Assembly: GCA_963737155.1 (NCBI GenBank)
Contig: CAVTRN010000001.1
Location: 640,001 to 704,000, forward strand
Direction of reading: 5' to 3'
Origin: Nitrospirota bacterium
Lineage (GTDB): Bacteria > Nitrospirota > UBA9217
Length of the DNA stretch: 64,000 nucleotides
The translations under genes were made by a program, and so were the position numbers. How positions within the stretch are numbered: position 1 is the first letter of the stretch; every line of letters starts with the position of its first letter. This document shows positions 50,468-60,503 of this stretch, piece by piece. Below the pieces are notes generated by a model. The model did not search any database, had not been told where the DNA came from, and saw only the letters and a program-made list of their open reading frames with translations.

Positions 50468-50947
50468 TTACTCATCTTTGATGTTCCTTATGAATTTTGC
50501 TGGATTTCCCGCGACAATTGCATTTGCCGGAACGTCCTTTGTCACAACGCTGCCGGAACCCACGATGGCCCGTTCGCCTATCGTAATGCTACAGAGTATC
50601 GTTGATCCCGAACCGATGGATGCACCCTTTTTTACAATTGTCGGCATCACCTTCCAGTCCGCCTCACTCTGCAGGCCTCCGCTTCCATTCGTGGCCCGCG
50701 GGTACTTGTCGTTGATGAATGTTACCCCATGCCCGATTAGGACATCGTCTTCAATGGTCACACCCTCGCATATGAACGTATGGCTCTGAATCTTGCAGTT
50801 CTTGCCGATGAAGGCGTTCTTCTGCACCTCGACAAAAGTGCCGATCTTCGTATTATCGTCGATGGCACACCCGTACAGGTTGACGAAGTTTGCAATCTTG
50901 ACGTTTTTGCCGAGCCGCACATCTTCGGCGATGCAATGGTATTTCAT
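50468..50947 (-). CDS. Hexapeptide-repeat N-acetyltransferase, WbpD/WlbB-like
   Basis: [44 protein letters not shown]. Start set at ATG 50947, overlapping the upstream stop. Confidence 0.9.
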   Translation of the reverse strand: MKYHCIAEDVRLGKNVKIANFVNLYGCAIDDNTKIGTFVEVQKNAFIGKNCKIQSHTFICEGVTIEDDVLIGHGVTFINDKYPRATNGSGGLQSEADWKVMPTIVKKGASIGSGSTILCSITIGERAIVGSGSVVTKDVPANAIVAGNPAKFIRNIKDE

Positions 50948-51945
50948 AGCGCCACTTCTCTCCCATTCTCTTTGATTGATTGGTTGCATGCCTGGAGCAG
51001 CTTTACGACGCGAAGCCCCGAATGCCCGTCATTGATCGGTCGTTCGCCGCTCATGGCGCAGCGGACGAAATATTCGGTTTCGAGCTTGAGCGCCTCTATC
51101 TGCTCCACGCGCGGGGCGTACATGTCCCCGGAACGGTAATTGACCAGCAGTTTGTACGATGACTCTTTGCTGTTGATGTCGATGCCCTTGTCATAGATTT
51201 TGATTTTCTCGTCGGCCTCAAGGTCGTTCCAGAGGAGCATCTTTTTCTCGCCGCCGATTAAGGTCGTGCGAACCTTGACCGGCGATAGCCAGTTGACGTT
51301 GAAGTGCGCAATAATGCTGTTGTTGAATTGGACTGTTACGTAAGCAGTGTCCTCATACGCGTTGACATGGGCCTTGCCGCACGCCGAGACCGCCGCTGGC
51401 TTCTCGTCAATGAGATAGTCCATAACGGAAAAATCGTGTGGTGCGAGGTCCCAGATAACGTTCACATCGGGCTGAAAGAGCCCCAAGTTCACGCGGATGG
51501 AATCGTAATAGTAGAGGTCGCCCAGGACCTTATCGTCGATAAGCTGTTTTATCTTTTTCACCGCGCCAGTGAAGAGAAAGGTGTGGTCTACCATGATGGT
51601 GCGCCGCTTCTGCTCTGCTAGTTCTATCAGCTGTTCTGCCTGAGCCACCGTTGCCGTGAACGGTTTCTCCACGAATACGTGCTTGCCATTTTGAATCGCT
51701 TTTTTTGCCAGTTCGAAATGCGTCGACACCGGCGTGATGACGGCGACGGCGTCGACTTCCGGCGAGTTGAGAATGTCGTTGGGCTCGGTCGTCAAATTGA
51801 CATGAGGATACGATTTACGTGCGCGGTTCATGGCGTCCTGATTGCGATCACAGATGGAGGAGACCTTGACCCCCTCAATGCTGTTGAAATTCCGCACGAT
51901 ATTCGGCCCCCAGTAACCGTATCCTATAATCCCAATGTTTATCAT
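50944..51945 (-). CDS. Gfo/Idh/MocA NAD-dependent sugar oxidoreductase (WbpB/WlbA-like context)
   Basis: [35 protein letters not shown]. Confidence 0.93.
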   Translation of the reverse strand: MINIGIIGYGYWGPNIVRNFNSIEGVKVSSICDRNQDAMNRARKSYPHVNLTTEPNDILNSPEVDAVAVITPVSTHFELAKKAIQNGKHVFVEKPFTATVAQAEQLIELAEQKRRTIMVDHTFLFTGAVKKIKQLIDDKVLGDLYYYDSIRVNLGLFQPDVNVIWDLAPHDFSVMDYLIDEKPAAVSACGKAHVNAYEDTAYVTVQFNNSIIAHFNVNWLSPVKVRTTLIGGEKKMLLWNDLEADEKIKIYDKGIDINSKESSYKLLVNYRSGDMYAPRVEQIEALKLETEYFVRCAMSGERPINDGHSGLRVVKLLQACNQSIKENGREVAL

Positions 51946-51988
51946 AATTCACTCCTCTTTCCGTTAATCTTCGTTCATTGGTGTGGTG

Positions 51989-53134
51989 CTAGTAAGCGCC
52001 CTTTCCCGTAAATACAGCCTTTGGTGTCATCAAGAGAATCTTGGTGTCCAGCCATAGGGACCAGTATATTGCATATTGAAGGTCGAGGCGAACCATCTCG
52101 TCGAAGGTGGTGGAACTCCGCCCGTAGACCTGCCATAGCCCGGTGATTCCCGGTTTTACCTCCAACACCCGGCGACGGTGCCAGCTGCTATATTTCTCGA
52201 TTTCATATGGAATCGGGGGCCTCGGCCCTACCAGCGACATATCGCCTTTCAGCACGTTAAAAAACTGAGGCAGCTCGTCAAGGCTCATTTTCCGGATGAT
52301 TTTCCCGACCGGCGTAATCCTCAGATCGTTTTTGATCTTGTAGAGGGGCTTGCCGTCTCCATTCCCGTCGGATGCACGTGATTGCTTGTTCGCAATGAGG
52401 TTGTAGACGAACTCTTTATGGACATCATCGCGGTTGTTTACGTACATGCTCCTGAATTTAAAAAAAATAAACTTGCGCTCATATTGGCCAACCCGCTCCT
52501 GCCGAAACAACACCGGTCCTCGCGATGTCAGCTTGATGATTATCGGTACCAGGAGGAAGAACGGTGAAAATATCAGGATTCCCGCGATACTCCCGATGAT
52601 GTCAATAATCCGTTTTAACTTGAGTTCTTTTTTTTTCTTAAGATCTTTCTGGGGGAAGTCCGTATAGAATGTAAAATGGCTCGGGCTGCCCGGTTTGTTC
52701 GGTTTTCCGTCGTCGGGAAAGCGGTAAAAGGAAATTTGTATCATTTCTATGAGTTCCTCCGACAGGCTGGTGCGGAGGTTCTCGGAGATCTTTTTCTGGA
52801 GCGTTTCCGTCTCGAGGCTGTTCATTTCCGTAAATATGACGCCCAGCACCGATGAAGTCTGGTACCAGCCTTTGATGTCTGTATCGCGGGTGAGCAACGA
52901 CAACCCTTTCATCGCTTCCTTGACAGATTCGCGCCTGATCCGCGGTTTGACAATGTCACTAAAGTCCAGCGTCATCACCAGAAACGGCCTTCCCGAACGT
53001 TCGCTTCGTTTGCGCTCGAAAGTAAGCATTTCGTGGAAGTACTCCTCCACGTAACAGCCGATATAGCTGTCACAAAATTCCTGGGATGGCTGTTGTGAGA
53101 TTTCATGATCGTTGGTGATCAGTGATTTTTTCAT
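51989..53134 (-). CDS. Priming polyprenyl-phosphate sugar transferase with an N-terminal degenerate GGDEF-like domain
   Basis: KRIIDI, FRQERVG, KFRSM, SLDELPQFFNVLKGDMSLVGPRP, KPGITGLWQV. Start set at ATG 53134. Confidence 0.94.
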   Translation of the reverse strand: MKKSLITNDHEISQQPSQEFCDSYIGCYVEEYFHEMLTFERKRSERSGRPFLVMTLDFSDIVKPRIRRESVKEAMKGLSLLTRDTDIKGWYQTSSVLGVIFTEMNSLETETLQKKISENLRTSLSEELIEMIQISFYRFPDDGKPNKPGSPSHFTFYTDFPQKDLKKKKELKLKRIIDIIGSIAGILIFSPFFLLVPIIIKLTSRGPVLFRQERVGQYERKFIFFKFRSMYVNNRDDVHKEFVYNLIANKQSRASDGNGDGKPLYKIKNDLRITPVGKIIRKMSLDELPQFFNVLKGDMSLVGPRPPIPYEIEKYSSWHRRRVLEVKPGITGLWQVYGRSSTTFDEMVRLDLQYAIYWSLWLDTKILLMTPKAVFTGKGAY

Positions 53135-53831
53135 GGCTTGTTTCCGTTCTTCCTTCAAATTTGAATTTGTGTGTAGTAGCTTTTAATTACGCAATATCTA
53201 CGCACTGAATTCATGGTGGAGTGTCCTAGGTGATCACAGGATGCTCGCCCATGACCGTATAGAATGTAAAATGGCTTGGGCTGCCCGGTTTGTTCGGCTT
53301 TCCGTCGTCGGGAAAGTGGTAAAAGGAAATTTGTATCATTTCAATGAGTTCCTCCGACAGGCTGGTGCGGAGGTTCTTGGAGATCTTTTTCTCGAGCGTT
53401 TCCGTCTCGAGGCTGTTCATTTCCGTAAATATGACGCCCAGCACCGATGAAGTCCGGTACCAGCCTTTGATATCGGTCTCGCGGGTATGCAGCGACAACC
53501 CTTTCATCGCTTCCTTGACAGATTCGCGCCTGATCCGCGGTTTGATAATGTCACTAAAGTCCAGCGTCATCACCAGAAACGGCCTTCCCGAACGTTCGCT
53601 TCGTTTACGCTCGAAGGTAAGCATTTCGTGGAAGTACTCCTCCACGTAACAGCCGATATAGCTGTCACAAAATTCCTGGGATGGCTGTTGTGATATTTCA
53701 TGATCATTGGTGAGCAGTGTTTTTTTCATGACTTCTTTCCATTCTTCCTTTAAAATTGAATTTGTGTATAGAAGCTCTTACCTATGCATATATTTGCGAT
53801 GAACCCGCGGTGGAATCTCCTTGGCGATCAC
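52660..53831. repeat. Diverged tandem duplication, period ~595 bp
   Basis: 52660-53237 aligns with 53255-53831, including the upstream intergenic spacer. Confidence 0.92.
53226..53729 (-). CDS. Stand-alone duplicate of the N-terminal (degenerate GGDEF-like) domain of the priming transferase
   Basis: About 158 aa nearly identical to the N-terminus of the next gene, then 9 unrelated residues and a stop. The frame is intact. Confidence 0.75.
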   Translation of the reverse strand: MKKTLLTNDHEISQQPSQEFCDSYIGCYVEEYFHEMLTFERKRSERSGRPFLVMTLDFSDIIKPRIRRESVKEAMKGLSLHTRETDIKGWYRTSSVLGVIFTEMNSLETETLEKKISKNLRTSLSEELIEMIQISFYHFPDDGKPNKPGSPSHFTFYTVMGEHPVIT

Positions 53832-56800
53832 TAAAAGTCCGCTATGACCGTGCAGTCCGTCGTGATCGGAAGGGTGGTATAGATAGTTCCTGTTATATCC
53901 AGCGAGCCGCCACAGGTACCAGTCATAGTGGGGGTGGATCCGGTAGTCGGAGTAACCGTGAACTGTATGGTGTTATCATAGGTCACCGGCTGTGGAGTGC
54001 TCGGGCTGATGGTCCCTGCTCCGTTAGTCGACGGCGTCACCGTATAGGTGTTGATCGTGAAGTTAGCCACAACCGAACAGTCTGCCGTAATCGCGCTCGT
54101 CGTGTATGTAGTGCCGTTAAGCGTTCCGCCGCAGGTACCACCCACCGAAGCGGTGTATCCGGTGTTTGGAGTAACCGTGAACTGCGTGGTGTTATCATAG
54201 GTCACTCCCTGAGGAGTATTCGGGCTGATAGTCCCGTTCCCGTCAGTCGATGGCGACACCGTATAGGTGTTTATCGAGAAGTTCGCCACAACCGTGCAGT
54301 TCGCCAGTATTTCATTCGTCGTGTAAGTATCTCCACTAAGCGTGCCGCCGCAGGTCCCGCTTACCGAAGCAATGCTATATCCAGCGTTCGGAGTGATCGT
54401 GAACTGCGTGGTATTACCATAGGTCACTGGCTGTGGAGTGCTCGGGCTGATAGTCCCGTTCCCGTCAGTCGACGGCGACACCGTATAGGTGTTGATTGAG
54501 AAGCTCGCGCTGATCGTGTGGTTCTCTGTTACATCCGTGAACGTATAGGAGGTCACCGCGCCGACCGAAACGCCGTCTGCCAGCACCCCGGCGATAGAGT
54601 ACCCCGAAGCCGGGGTGATCGTGAATGTCTGGCTTGCACCATAATTCACCGGCACGGAGCCCGATGGGCTGATGGTTCCGTTTCCGCTGGACACCGACGC
54701 CGTTATAGTATAGGTGTCAATCGAGAAGCTCGCCACGACGCTACAGTTCGCAACAATCGCGTTCGTCGTATATTTTTTCCCCGACAGCGTGCCGCCGCAG
54801 GTGCCGCTCACCGTGCCGGTGTATCCCGTAGCCGGCGTTATGGTGAATGCCGTCGTAGAATTGTAGTCAACCGTCTGGGCGGTCGACGGGCTGATGGTCC
54901 CATTACTGCCGACGACCGATGGCGTCACCGTAAACGTTTTAATCGAGAAGCTCGCGCTGATCGTGTGATTCTCTATAACATCCGTGAACGTGTAGGAGGT
55001 CACCGCGCCGGCCGAAACACCATCCACCAGCACGCTGGCAACAGAGTACCCCGTAGACGGGGTGATCGTGAATGTCTGGCTTGCACCATAATTCACCGCC
55101 ACGGATCCTGATGGGCTGATGGAACCGCTTCCGCTGGAAACCGTCGCAGTTATGGTGTTGGTGTTTATCGAGAAGCTCGCCACAACTGTGCAGTCCGCCG
55201 TGATCGCGTTCGTCGTGTAAGTGCTGCCATTAAGCGTGCCGCCGCAGGTACCACCCACCGAGGCGGTGTATCCCGTGGTCGGCGTTACGGTGAATGCCGT
55301 CGTCGTGTTGTAAGTAACCGTCTGGGCAGTCGACGGGCTGATGGTCCCATTACTGCCGCTAACCGACGGCGTCACCGTAAACGTTTTGATCGAGAAGCTC
55401 GCGCTGATCGTGTGATTCTCTATAACATCCGTGAACGTGTAGGAGGTCACCGCGCCGGCCGAAACACCATCCACCAGCACGCTGGCAACAGAGTACCCCG
55501 TAGCCGGGGTGATCGTGAATGTCTGGCTTCCGCCATAATTCACCGCCACGGAGCCTGATGGGCTGATGGTTCCGTTTCCGCCGGAAACCGTTGCCGTTAT
55601 AGTGTTGGTGTTGAGCGAGAAGCTCGCCACGACCGTGCAGTTCGCCGTGATCGCGTTCGTCGTGTATGTGGTGCCATTAAGCGTGCCGCCGCAGGTGCCG
55701 CCCATGACAGCGGTGTATCCTGTAGCCGGCGTTACAGTGAATGCCATCGTCGTGTTGTAGTTAACCGTCTGGGCGGTCGACGGGCTGATGGTACCATTAC
55801 TGCCGCTGACCGACGGCGTCACCGTAAACGTGTTGATTGAGAAGCTTGCGCTAATCGTGTGATTCGCTATAACATCCGTGAATGTGTAGGAGGTCACCGC
55901 TCCGGCTGATTGGCCATCCACCAGCACGCTGGCAACGGAGTACCCCGTAGCCGGGGTGATCGTGAATGTCTGGCTTGCGCCATAATTCACCGCCACGGAA
56001 CCCGATGGGCTGATGGAACCGCTTCCGCTGGAAACCGTTGCCGTTATGGTATTGGTGTTGATCGAGAAGCTCGCCACAACCGTGCAGTTCGCCGTGATCG
56101 CGTTCGTCGTGTATGTGGTGCCGTTAAGCATGCCGCCGCAGGTGCCGCCCACGGAGGCGGTGTATCCCGTGGCCGGCGTTACGGTGAATGCCACCGTCGA
56201 ATTGTAGCTAACCGTCTGGCCGGTCGACGGGCTGATGGTACCATTACTGCCGCTAACCGACGGCATCACTGTAAACGTGTTGATCGAGAAACTCGCGATA
56301 ATCGTGTGATTCGCTGTAACATTCGTGAACGTATAGGAGGTCACCGCACCGACCGAAACGCCGTCTACCAGGACTCCGGCAATACTGTAGCCCGTAGCCG
56401 GTGATATGGTGAATGTCTGACTTCCACCATATGTCACCAGCATCTGGCTGGATGGCGCAATCGTCCCTCCTGCCCCGGCAGTAGGGGTGATCGTATAGGT
56501 GAGAGACTGAAAACTTGCGGCGATAGTATGATTGGCCGACACATTGCTGAAGGTATACGATGTCGCCAATGTCGCCGGTGAGCCATCTACACTCAGATTG
56601 GAAAGGTAATAACCGGTATTGGGTTGGATCGTGAATGTTACAGACGAGCCATAGTTTACGATCTGCGCAGTCGACGGGCTGATGCTTCCGTTCGATCCGG
56701 CCGACGGCGTCACTGTGAACGTGTTAATTGCGAAATTCACGCTGATCGTGTGATTCGCTATGACATTCGTGAACGTGTAGGAGGACACCGCACCGACCGA

Positions 56801-59041
56801 TACGCCATCTACCAGCACGCCGGAAACGGAATATCCCGTAGCCGGGGTGAACGTGAATGTCTGGCTTGCACCATAATTTACCCCCACCGAACCCCCTGGG
56901 CTGATGGTTCCGTTTCCACTTGAAACCAATGCCGTTATGGTGTTGGCGTTGATCGAGAAGCTCGCCACAACCGTGCAGTTTGCCGTGATGACGTTCGTCG
57001 TGTAAGTGGTGCCGTTAAGCGTGCCGCCGCAGGTACCACCCATAACCGTGGTGTATCCCGTGGACGGAGTTACAGTGAAGGCCGTCGTCGCATTGTAGGT
57101 AACCGTCTGGGCGGTCGACGGGCTGATGGTCCCATTACTGCCGGTGACCGACGACGTCACCGTAAACGCGTCAATCGAGAAACTTACCGATATGGTGTGG
57201 CTCGTTGTTACATTGTTGAACGTGTAGGAGGTCACCGCACCGACCGAAACGCCGTCTGCCAGCACGCCGGCAACAGAGTACCCCGTAGCCGGGGTGAACG
57301 TGAATGTCTGGCTTGCACCATAATTCACCGTCATGGAGCCCGATGGGCTGATGGAACCGCTCCCGCTGGATACCGTCGCCGTTATGGTGTTGGTGATGAT
57401 CGAGAAGCTGGCGCTGATCGTGTGGTTCGCCGTTACGTTCGTGAACGCGTAGGAGGCCACCGCGCCGACCGAAACGCCGTCTACCAGCACGTCCGCAATT
57501 TGGTAGCCGGCATTCGGCGTGATACTGAACGTCTGGGTCGCACCCGAGACCAGCATCACTGCTCCGGACGGCGTGATACTGCCGTTCCCCCCCGCTGTCG
57601 ATGCCGTGATGATGAACGTAGCAATGGCCTCGGTAGTAAAGGACCAGGCATACCCCCCGGACGTATTGCTGACAAGCGGGTTTCCCGCAAGGTTGGTGGC
57701 ATGGGAGGTAATTTCGGCAACGTAGTTTGTACTGTATGCCAGGGGCTGCGTAGGCGTAAATACAAGCGTGGCGCCGCTGGAAGTGACCCACCCGGGGATG
57801 CTTGTTCCATTCCCGTCGACAAGCGTAAAGGTAGTGGTCGGCGTGATCGAGCTCGTAAGCACGGCTTCACTGCAGAGCGCGACCACGTCGTTGTAGATTG
57901 GCACATTGACCGCAGAGCCGGTCGGGAATGTGGAAAGGACGGCAGGCGGAACGCTGTCCGAGGCCTCTGGTTCTGTAGTAAAGCTCCAGGTATATTCGGA
58001 CGACAACGAATTCAGGGACAGATCGCTGACCGCTTCGGGGATGCTGACCGTATAGAGGGTCGACGGTGCGAGAGACGTGCTTGGCATGAAAATGACCGTA
58101 TTGTCGACATACATGATCGTGCCGGGAATCCCGGCCTTGCCGTTACTGACGATGATCGACGAAGGCGTGAGGCCCGTCAGGAGCATCGGTTCGCTGAAGG
58201 TAACACTGATCGGCGTGTTCACATCGGCCGCCGAGGCGGTGGTGGACGGGATGGTGAGCGCCGACATGACCATGGGAGCTGTAGTGTCAGGTCCTGCTCC
58301 GGTCACAAAACTCGCTACGAAGGAGTCTGTCATGGGAGTGCCCGACTCAGTTTGCACGCCGGTTGTGACGTTGACGATGTAGATAGAATTGGAAGAAAGC
58401 GGACTCAGGGGTTCGAACGTGGCCGAGGCCGTCGCCGCATTATAGTAAACATTGCCCGGAACGTTTCCAGTCGGCGTACTGAGTATTATCGTGTCCGAGG
58501 AAATCGTAGACGGGTCGACAGGCTGACTGAACATGATTGAAATAGCGGTCGTCGTGCCTACATTTTGTGACCGGTCTTCGGGCTGGACATCGATGACCCT
58601 GAGCGGCATGGTCAACCCGGTAATGAAAGAGCTGGTGAATGCCGCGGACATGGCGATCCCGGTCGTGTCCAGTACGGTATTGGCGACTGTTACCGTGTAG
58701 AGGGTACTCGGATTCAATACGACTGATGGCATAAGAACGGCGGTATACTTGCCGTTCGCGTCGCTGTAGGTAACCGATAAGGGAACCGTACCCTGCTCGC
58801 CGTTGTAACAAAGCGTAATCGTTTTGTTATTGATGGTCGAAGCATCCATTTCGTTGCTGAACGTTATCACGATACCGTTGTTTATGGTTACGGGGACATT
58901 CAGTGCCCCATCGGTAGGCGTGACGGAGGTCACGATGGGCGGCGTCGTAGGCGCCGGCGGAAGCGGCCCCTTCTGGCCGCACGTCGAAAGCAGCATGACT
59001 GCTGCCTGCAACACCATAAGTATAATAAATCGTTTCCTCAT
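53831..59041 (-). CDS. Large surface lipoprotein/adhesin: 4 SbsA-type Ig-like (Big_5) domains plus 17 InlB-B-like beta repeats
   Basis: Lipobox LLSTC, four P.V....P...A..V.....I.+.FS.......L.PST.Y domains, and Thr/Ser/Gly-rich ~75 aa repeats. Confidence 0.88.
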   Translation of the reverse strand: MRKRFIILMVLQAAVMLLSTCGQKGPLPPAPTTPPIVTSVTPTDGALNVPVTINNGIVITFSNEMDASTINNKTITLCYNGEQGTVPLSVTYSDANGKYTAVLMPSVVLNPSTLYTVTVANTVLDTTGIAMSAAFTSSFITGLTMPLRVIDVQPEDRSQNVGTTTAISIMFSQPVDPSTISSDTIILSTPTGNVPGNVYYNAATASATFEPLSPLSSNSIYIVNVTTGVQTESGTPMTDSFVASFVTGAGPDTTAPMVMSALTIPSTTASAADVNTPISVTFSEPMLLTGLTPSSIIVSNGKAGIPGTIMYVDNTVIFMPSTSLAPSTLYTVSIPEAVSDLSLNSLSSEYTWSFTTEPEASDSVPPAVLSTFPTGSAVNVPIYNDVVALCSEAVLTSSITPTTTFTLVDGNGTSIPGWVTSSGATLVFTPTQPLAYSTNYVAEITSHATNLAGNPLVSNTSGGYAWSFTTEAIATFIITASTAGGNGSITPSGAVMLVSGATQTFSITPNAGYQIADVLVDGVSVGAVASYAFTNVTANHTISASFSIITNTITATVSSGSGSISPSGSMTVNYGASQTFTFTPATGYSVAGVLADGVSVGAVTSYTFNNVTTSHTISVSFSIDAFTVTSSVTGSNGTISPSTAQTVTYNATTAFTVTPSTGYTTVMGGTCGGTLNGTTYTTNVITANCTVVASFSINANTITALVSSGNGTISPGGSVGVNYGASQTFTFTPATGYSVSGVLVDGVSVGAVSSYTFTNVIANHTISVNFAINTFTVTPSAGSNGSISPSTAQIVNYGSSVTFTIQPNTGYYLSNLSVDGSPATLATSYTFSNVSANHTIAASFQSLTYTITPTAGAGGTIAPSSQMLVTYGGSQTFTISPATGYSIAGVLVDGVSVGAVTSYTFTNVTANHTIIASFSINTFTVMPSVSGSNGTISPSTGQTVSYNSTVAFTVTPATGYTASVGGTCGGMLNGTTYTTNAITANCTVVASFSINTNTITATVSSGSGSISPSGSVAVNYGASQTFTITPATGYSVASVLVDGQSAGAVTSYTFTDVIANHTISASFSINTFTVTPSVSGSNGTISPSTAQTVNYNTTMAFTVTPATGYTAVMGGTCGGTLNGTTYTTNAITANCTVVASFSLNTNTITATVSGGNGTISPSGSVAVNYGGSQTFTITPATGYSVASVLVDGVSAGAVTSYTFTDVIENHTISASFSIKTFTVTPSVSGSNGTISPSTAQTVTYNTTTAFTVTPTTGYTASVGGTCGGTLNGSTYTTNAITADCTVVASFSINTNTITATVSSGSGSISPSGSVAVNYGASQTFTITPSTGYSVASVLVDGVSAGAVTSYTFTDVIENHTISASFSIKTFTVTPSVVGSNGTISPSTAQTVDYNSTTAFTITPATGYTGTVSGTCGGTLSGKKYTTNAIVANCSVVASFSIDTYTITASVSSGNGTISPSGSVPVNYGASQTFTITPASGYSIAGVLADGVSVGAVTSYTFTDVTENHTISASFSINTYTVSPSTDGNGTISPSTPQPVTYGNTTQFTITPNAGYSIASVSGTCGGTLSGDTYTTNEILANCTVVANFSINTYTVSPSTDGNGTISPNTPQGVTYDNTTQFTVTPNTGYTASVGGTCGGTLNGTTYTTSAITADCSVVANFTINTYTVTPSTNGAGTISPSTPQPVTYDNTIQFTVTPTTGSTPTMTGTCGGSLDITGTIYTTLPITTDCTVIADF
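53834..57620 (-). repeat. Intragenic tandem repeats of two types (A ~75 aa without Cys, B ~74 aa with 2 Cys); AB period 447 bp in the central part
   Basis: Counted by eye: 9 A-type (VNYGASQTFTITP..VLVDG..NHTISASF) and 8 B-type (GGTCGGTLNG..ANCTVVASF). Confidence 0.9.
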
Positions 59042-59123
59042 ACCCCTCGTTGATTTCCACTCATATCACATGCAGCGAGTGGCTTTCTTCATTTCGGCCC
59101 TGCAGCGGACGCTCCCGGAAAGA

Positions 59124-60503
59124 TCAAAACGCTATGTTCACTTGCCCCGTGACCCTGTTGTTCCAATAATTGTCGTCGTACGCGGTCGGGGCAGGGGCAT
59201 ATGCATTCGAATAATCGTATTCCAATGCTAGGGTCAGATTCTTCAATACCGTGTGTTCGAACCTCAGGTGGTTTAAATACACGGTTTGGTTGACGTCGTT
59301 CTGATATACGAGTTGGTTGATGTAGATCGGATATTCGCGAAGGTACAGGACTGAAACGCCAACGTCGATCTTTGACGTCGGCGAGAGCGCGTAGTTTATC
59401 GACCCGGAGAGTGAGTAGGCGCTATCCTCGAGGTAGGTTTTTTCCGCGTTTCGGTACTCAGTGAAGCCACCAGAAACCAGCATCGTCATCCTTGGCGTCG
59501 CCTTTTTTAAGGTTGCGATGTAACTTTCCGTCATTCTCACGACTTCGACCGGGTCGGGAATGTAGCTTAACGCTGTATCGAACGAAAGGGTAATCGTTGA
59601 GTATTGATGTGTGATTCCCGCATTCCAGAATGGACGGCTGGTTTGCTCTCTGGTTTGCCCTGTCATGTCGAAGTCGAAAAAACTATTTCCCAGGCTGATG
59701 TAAACGTATGAGTTTGGAGCGAAGGTATAACTAGGACCGGTGAATACATCGAGCTCATCGAACGTAACAAAGCTATTCATGTTCTGCGTATAACGTACGC
59801 CGGTGGTTAAGGTTGCCTCTGACGAGAGCTCCGTCCTCAACTCTACAGATCCCGTCTGCGTGATTGAATCAATGGCATTTTCCGGCAGCCCGAGCGTAGT
59901 GATGACAGTGGGCTGCTTGTACCATGTGTCGACATACAGATAGCCAAGTACAGCAGTGGTGCTATCAGTGATTTTTCTGATTATATAAGGATTGACGGTA
60001 AAAACATTCGTGTCTGTTTGGTTTACAACCTGGCTTTCCAGCGTATAGTCTCGTGCGGTATTGAGCGATACTCTGCTGTATGTATCCTTCAGCGTAACGT
60101 ATAACGTATTGTCAATCAACTCCATCTTGTTTGTGACGTTCGCCGTTTGCGTTGAGTCGTTCGTTATCTTGTCCTGGGAGTAGTACCGGTAAATATAGGC
60201 ATAATCTAGGTTCCAGTCCCAGAAGCCGGTCTCGTAGACAAGCTTTACGGAAGGGATGGCCTGTGACACGAAATCCTGCTGTCTGTCCGTAGGCGTCAGA
60301 AAGAGGTTGTCGGTGTATTCTTCGCTCATCGAAAGCCCAGTCTGTATGTTGAAGAGCGCACCGGAGGCACGATGAGGCGGCATCGCGAGTACGAGCAGAA
60401 ATCCCGCAATCGTCAGAACGATAATGCGGAACGGCAGTGTACAGATGGCCAAAGCGTTAGGTTTTTTTTGATGCACCGTCATTCTCTCCGCCATCGGCGG
60501 CAT
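59124..60503 (-). CDS. Outer-membrane beta-barrel of EPS export (TIGR03016 PEP-CTERM-associated type); start uncertain
   Basis: Signal-like hydrophobic stretch, SEEYTDNLFLT motif, amphipathic strands, terminal NRVTGQVNIAF. Directly after the autokinase. Confidence 0.78.
   Translation of the reverse strand: MPPMAERMTVHQKKPNALAICTLPFRIIVLTIAGFLLVLAMPPHRASGALFNIQTGLSMSEEYTDNLFLTPTDRQQDFVSQAIPSVKLVYETGFWDWNLDYAYIYRYYSQDKITNDSTQTANVTNKMELIDNTLYVTLKDTYSRVSLNTARDYTLESQVVNQTDTNVFTVNPYIIRKITDSTTAVLGYLYVDTWYKQPTVITTLGLPENAIDSITQTGSVELRTELSSEATLTTGVRYTQNMNSFVTFDELDVFTGPSYTFAPNSYVYISLGNSFFDFDMTGQTREQTSRPFWNAGITHQYSTITLSFDTALSYIPDPVEVVRMTESYIATLKKATPRMTMLVSGGFTEYRNAEKTYLEDSAYSLSGSINYALSPTSKIDVGVSVLYLREYPIYINQLVYQNDVNQTVYLNHLRFEHTVLKNLTLALEYDYSNAYAPAPTAYDDNYWNNRVTGQVNIAF

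Noticed and set aside
53834-57620. Regularly spaced DNA repeats suggesting a CRISPR array
   Set aside because: In-frame ~225-bp coding units with no constant short repeat and unique spacer structure, and no cas genes.
53756-58540. Long Arg-rich plus-strand ORFs (e.g. 57197-58540, 53756-54499)
   Set aside because: Antisense frames of the repeat lipoprotein caused by codon bias.
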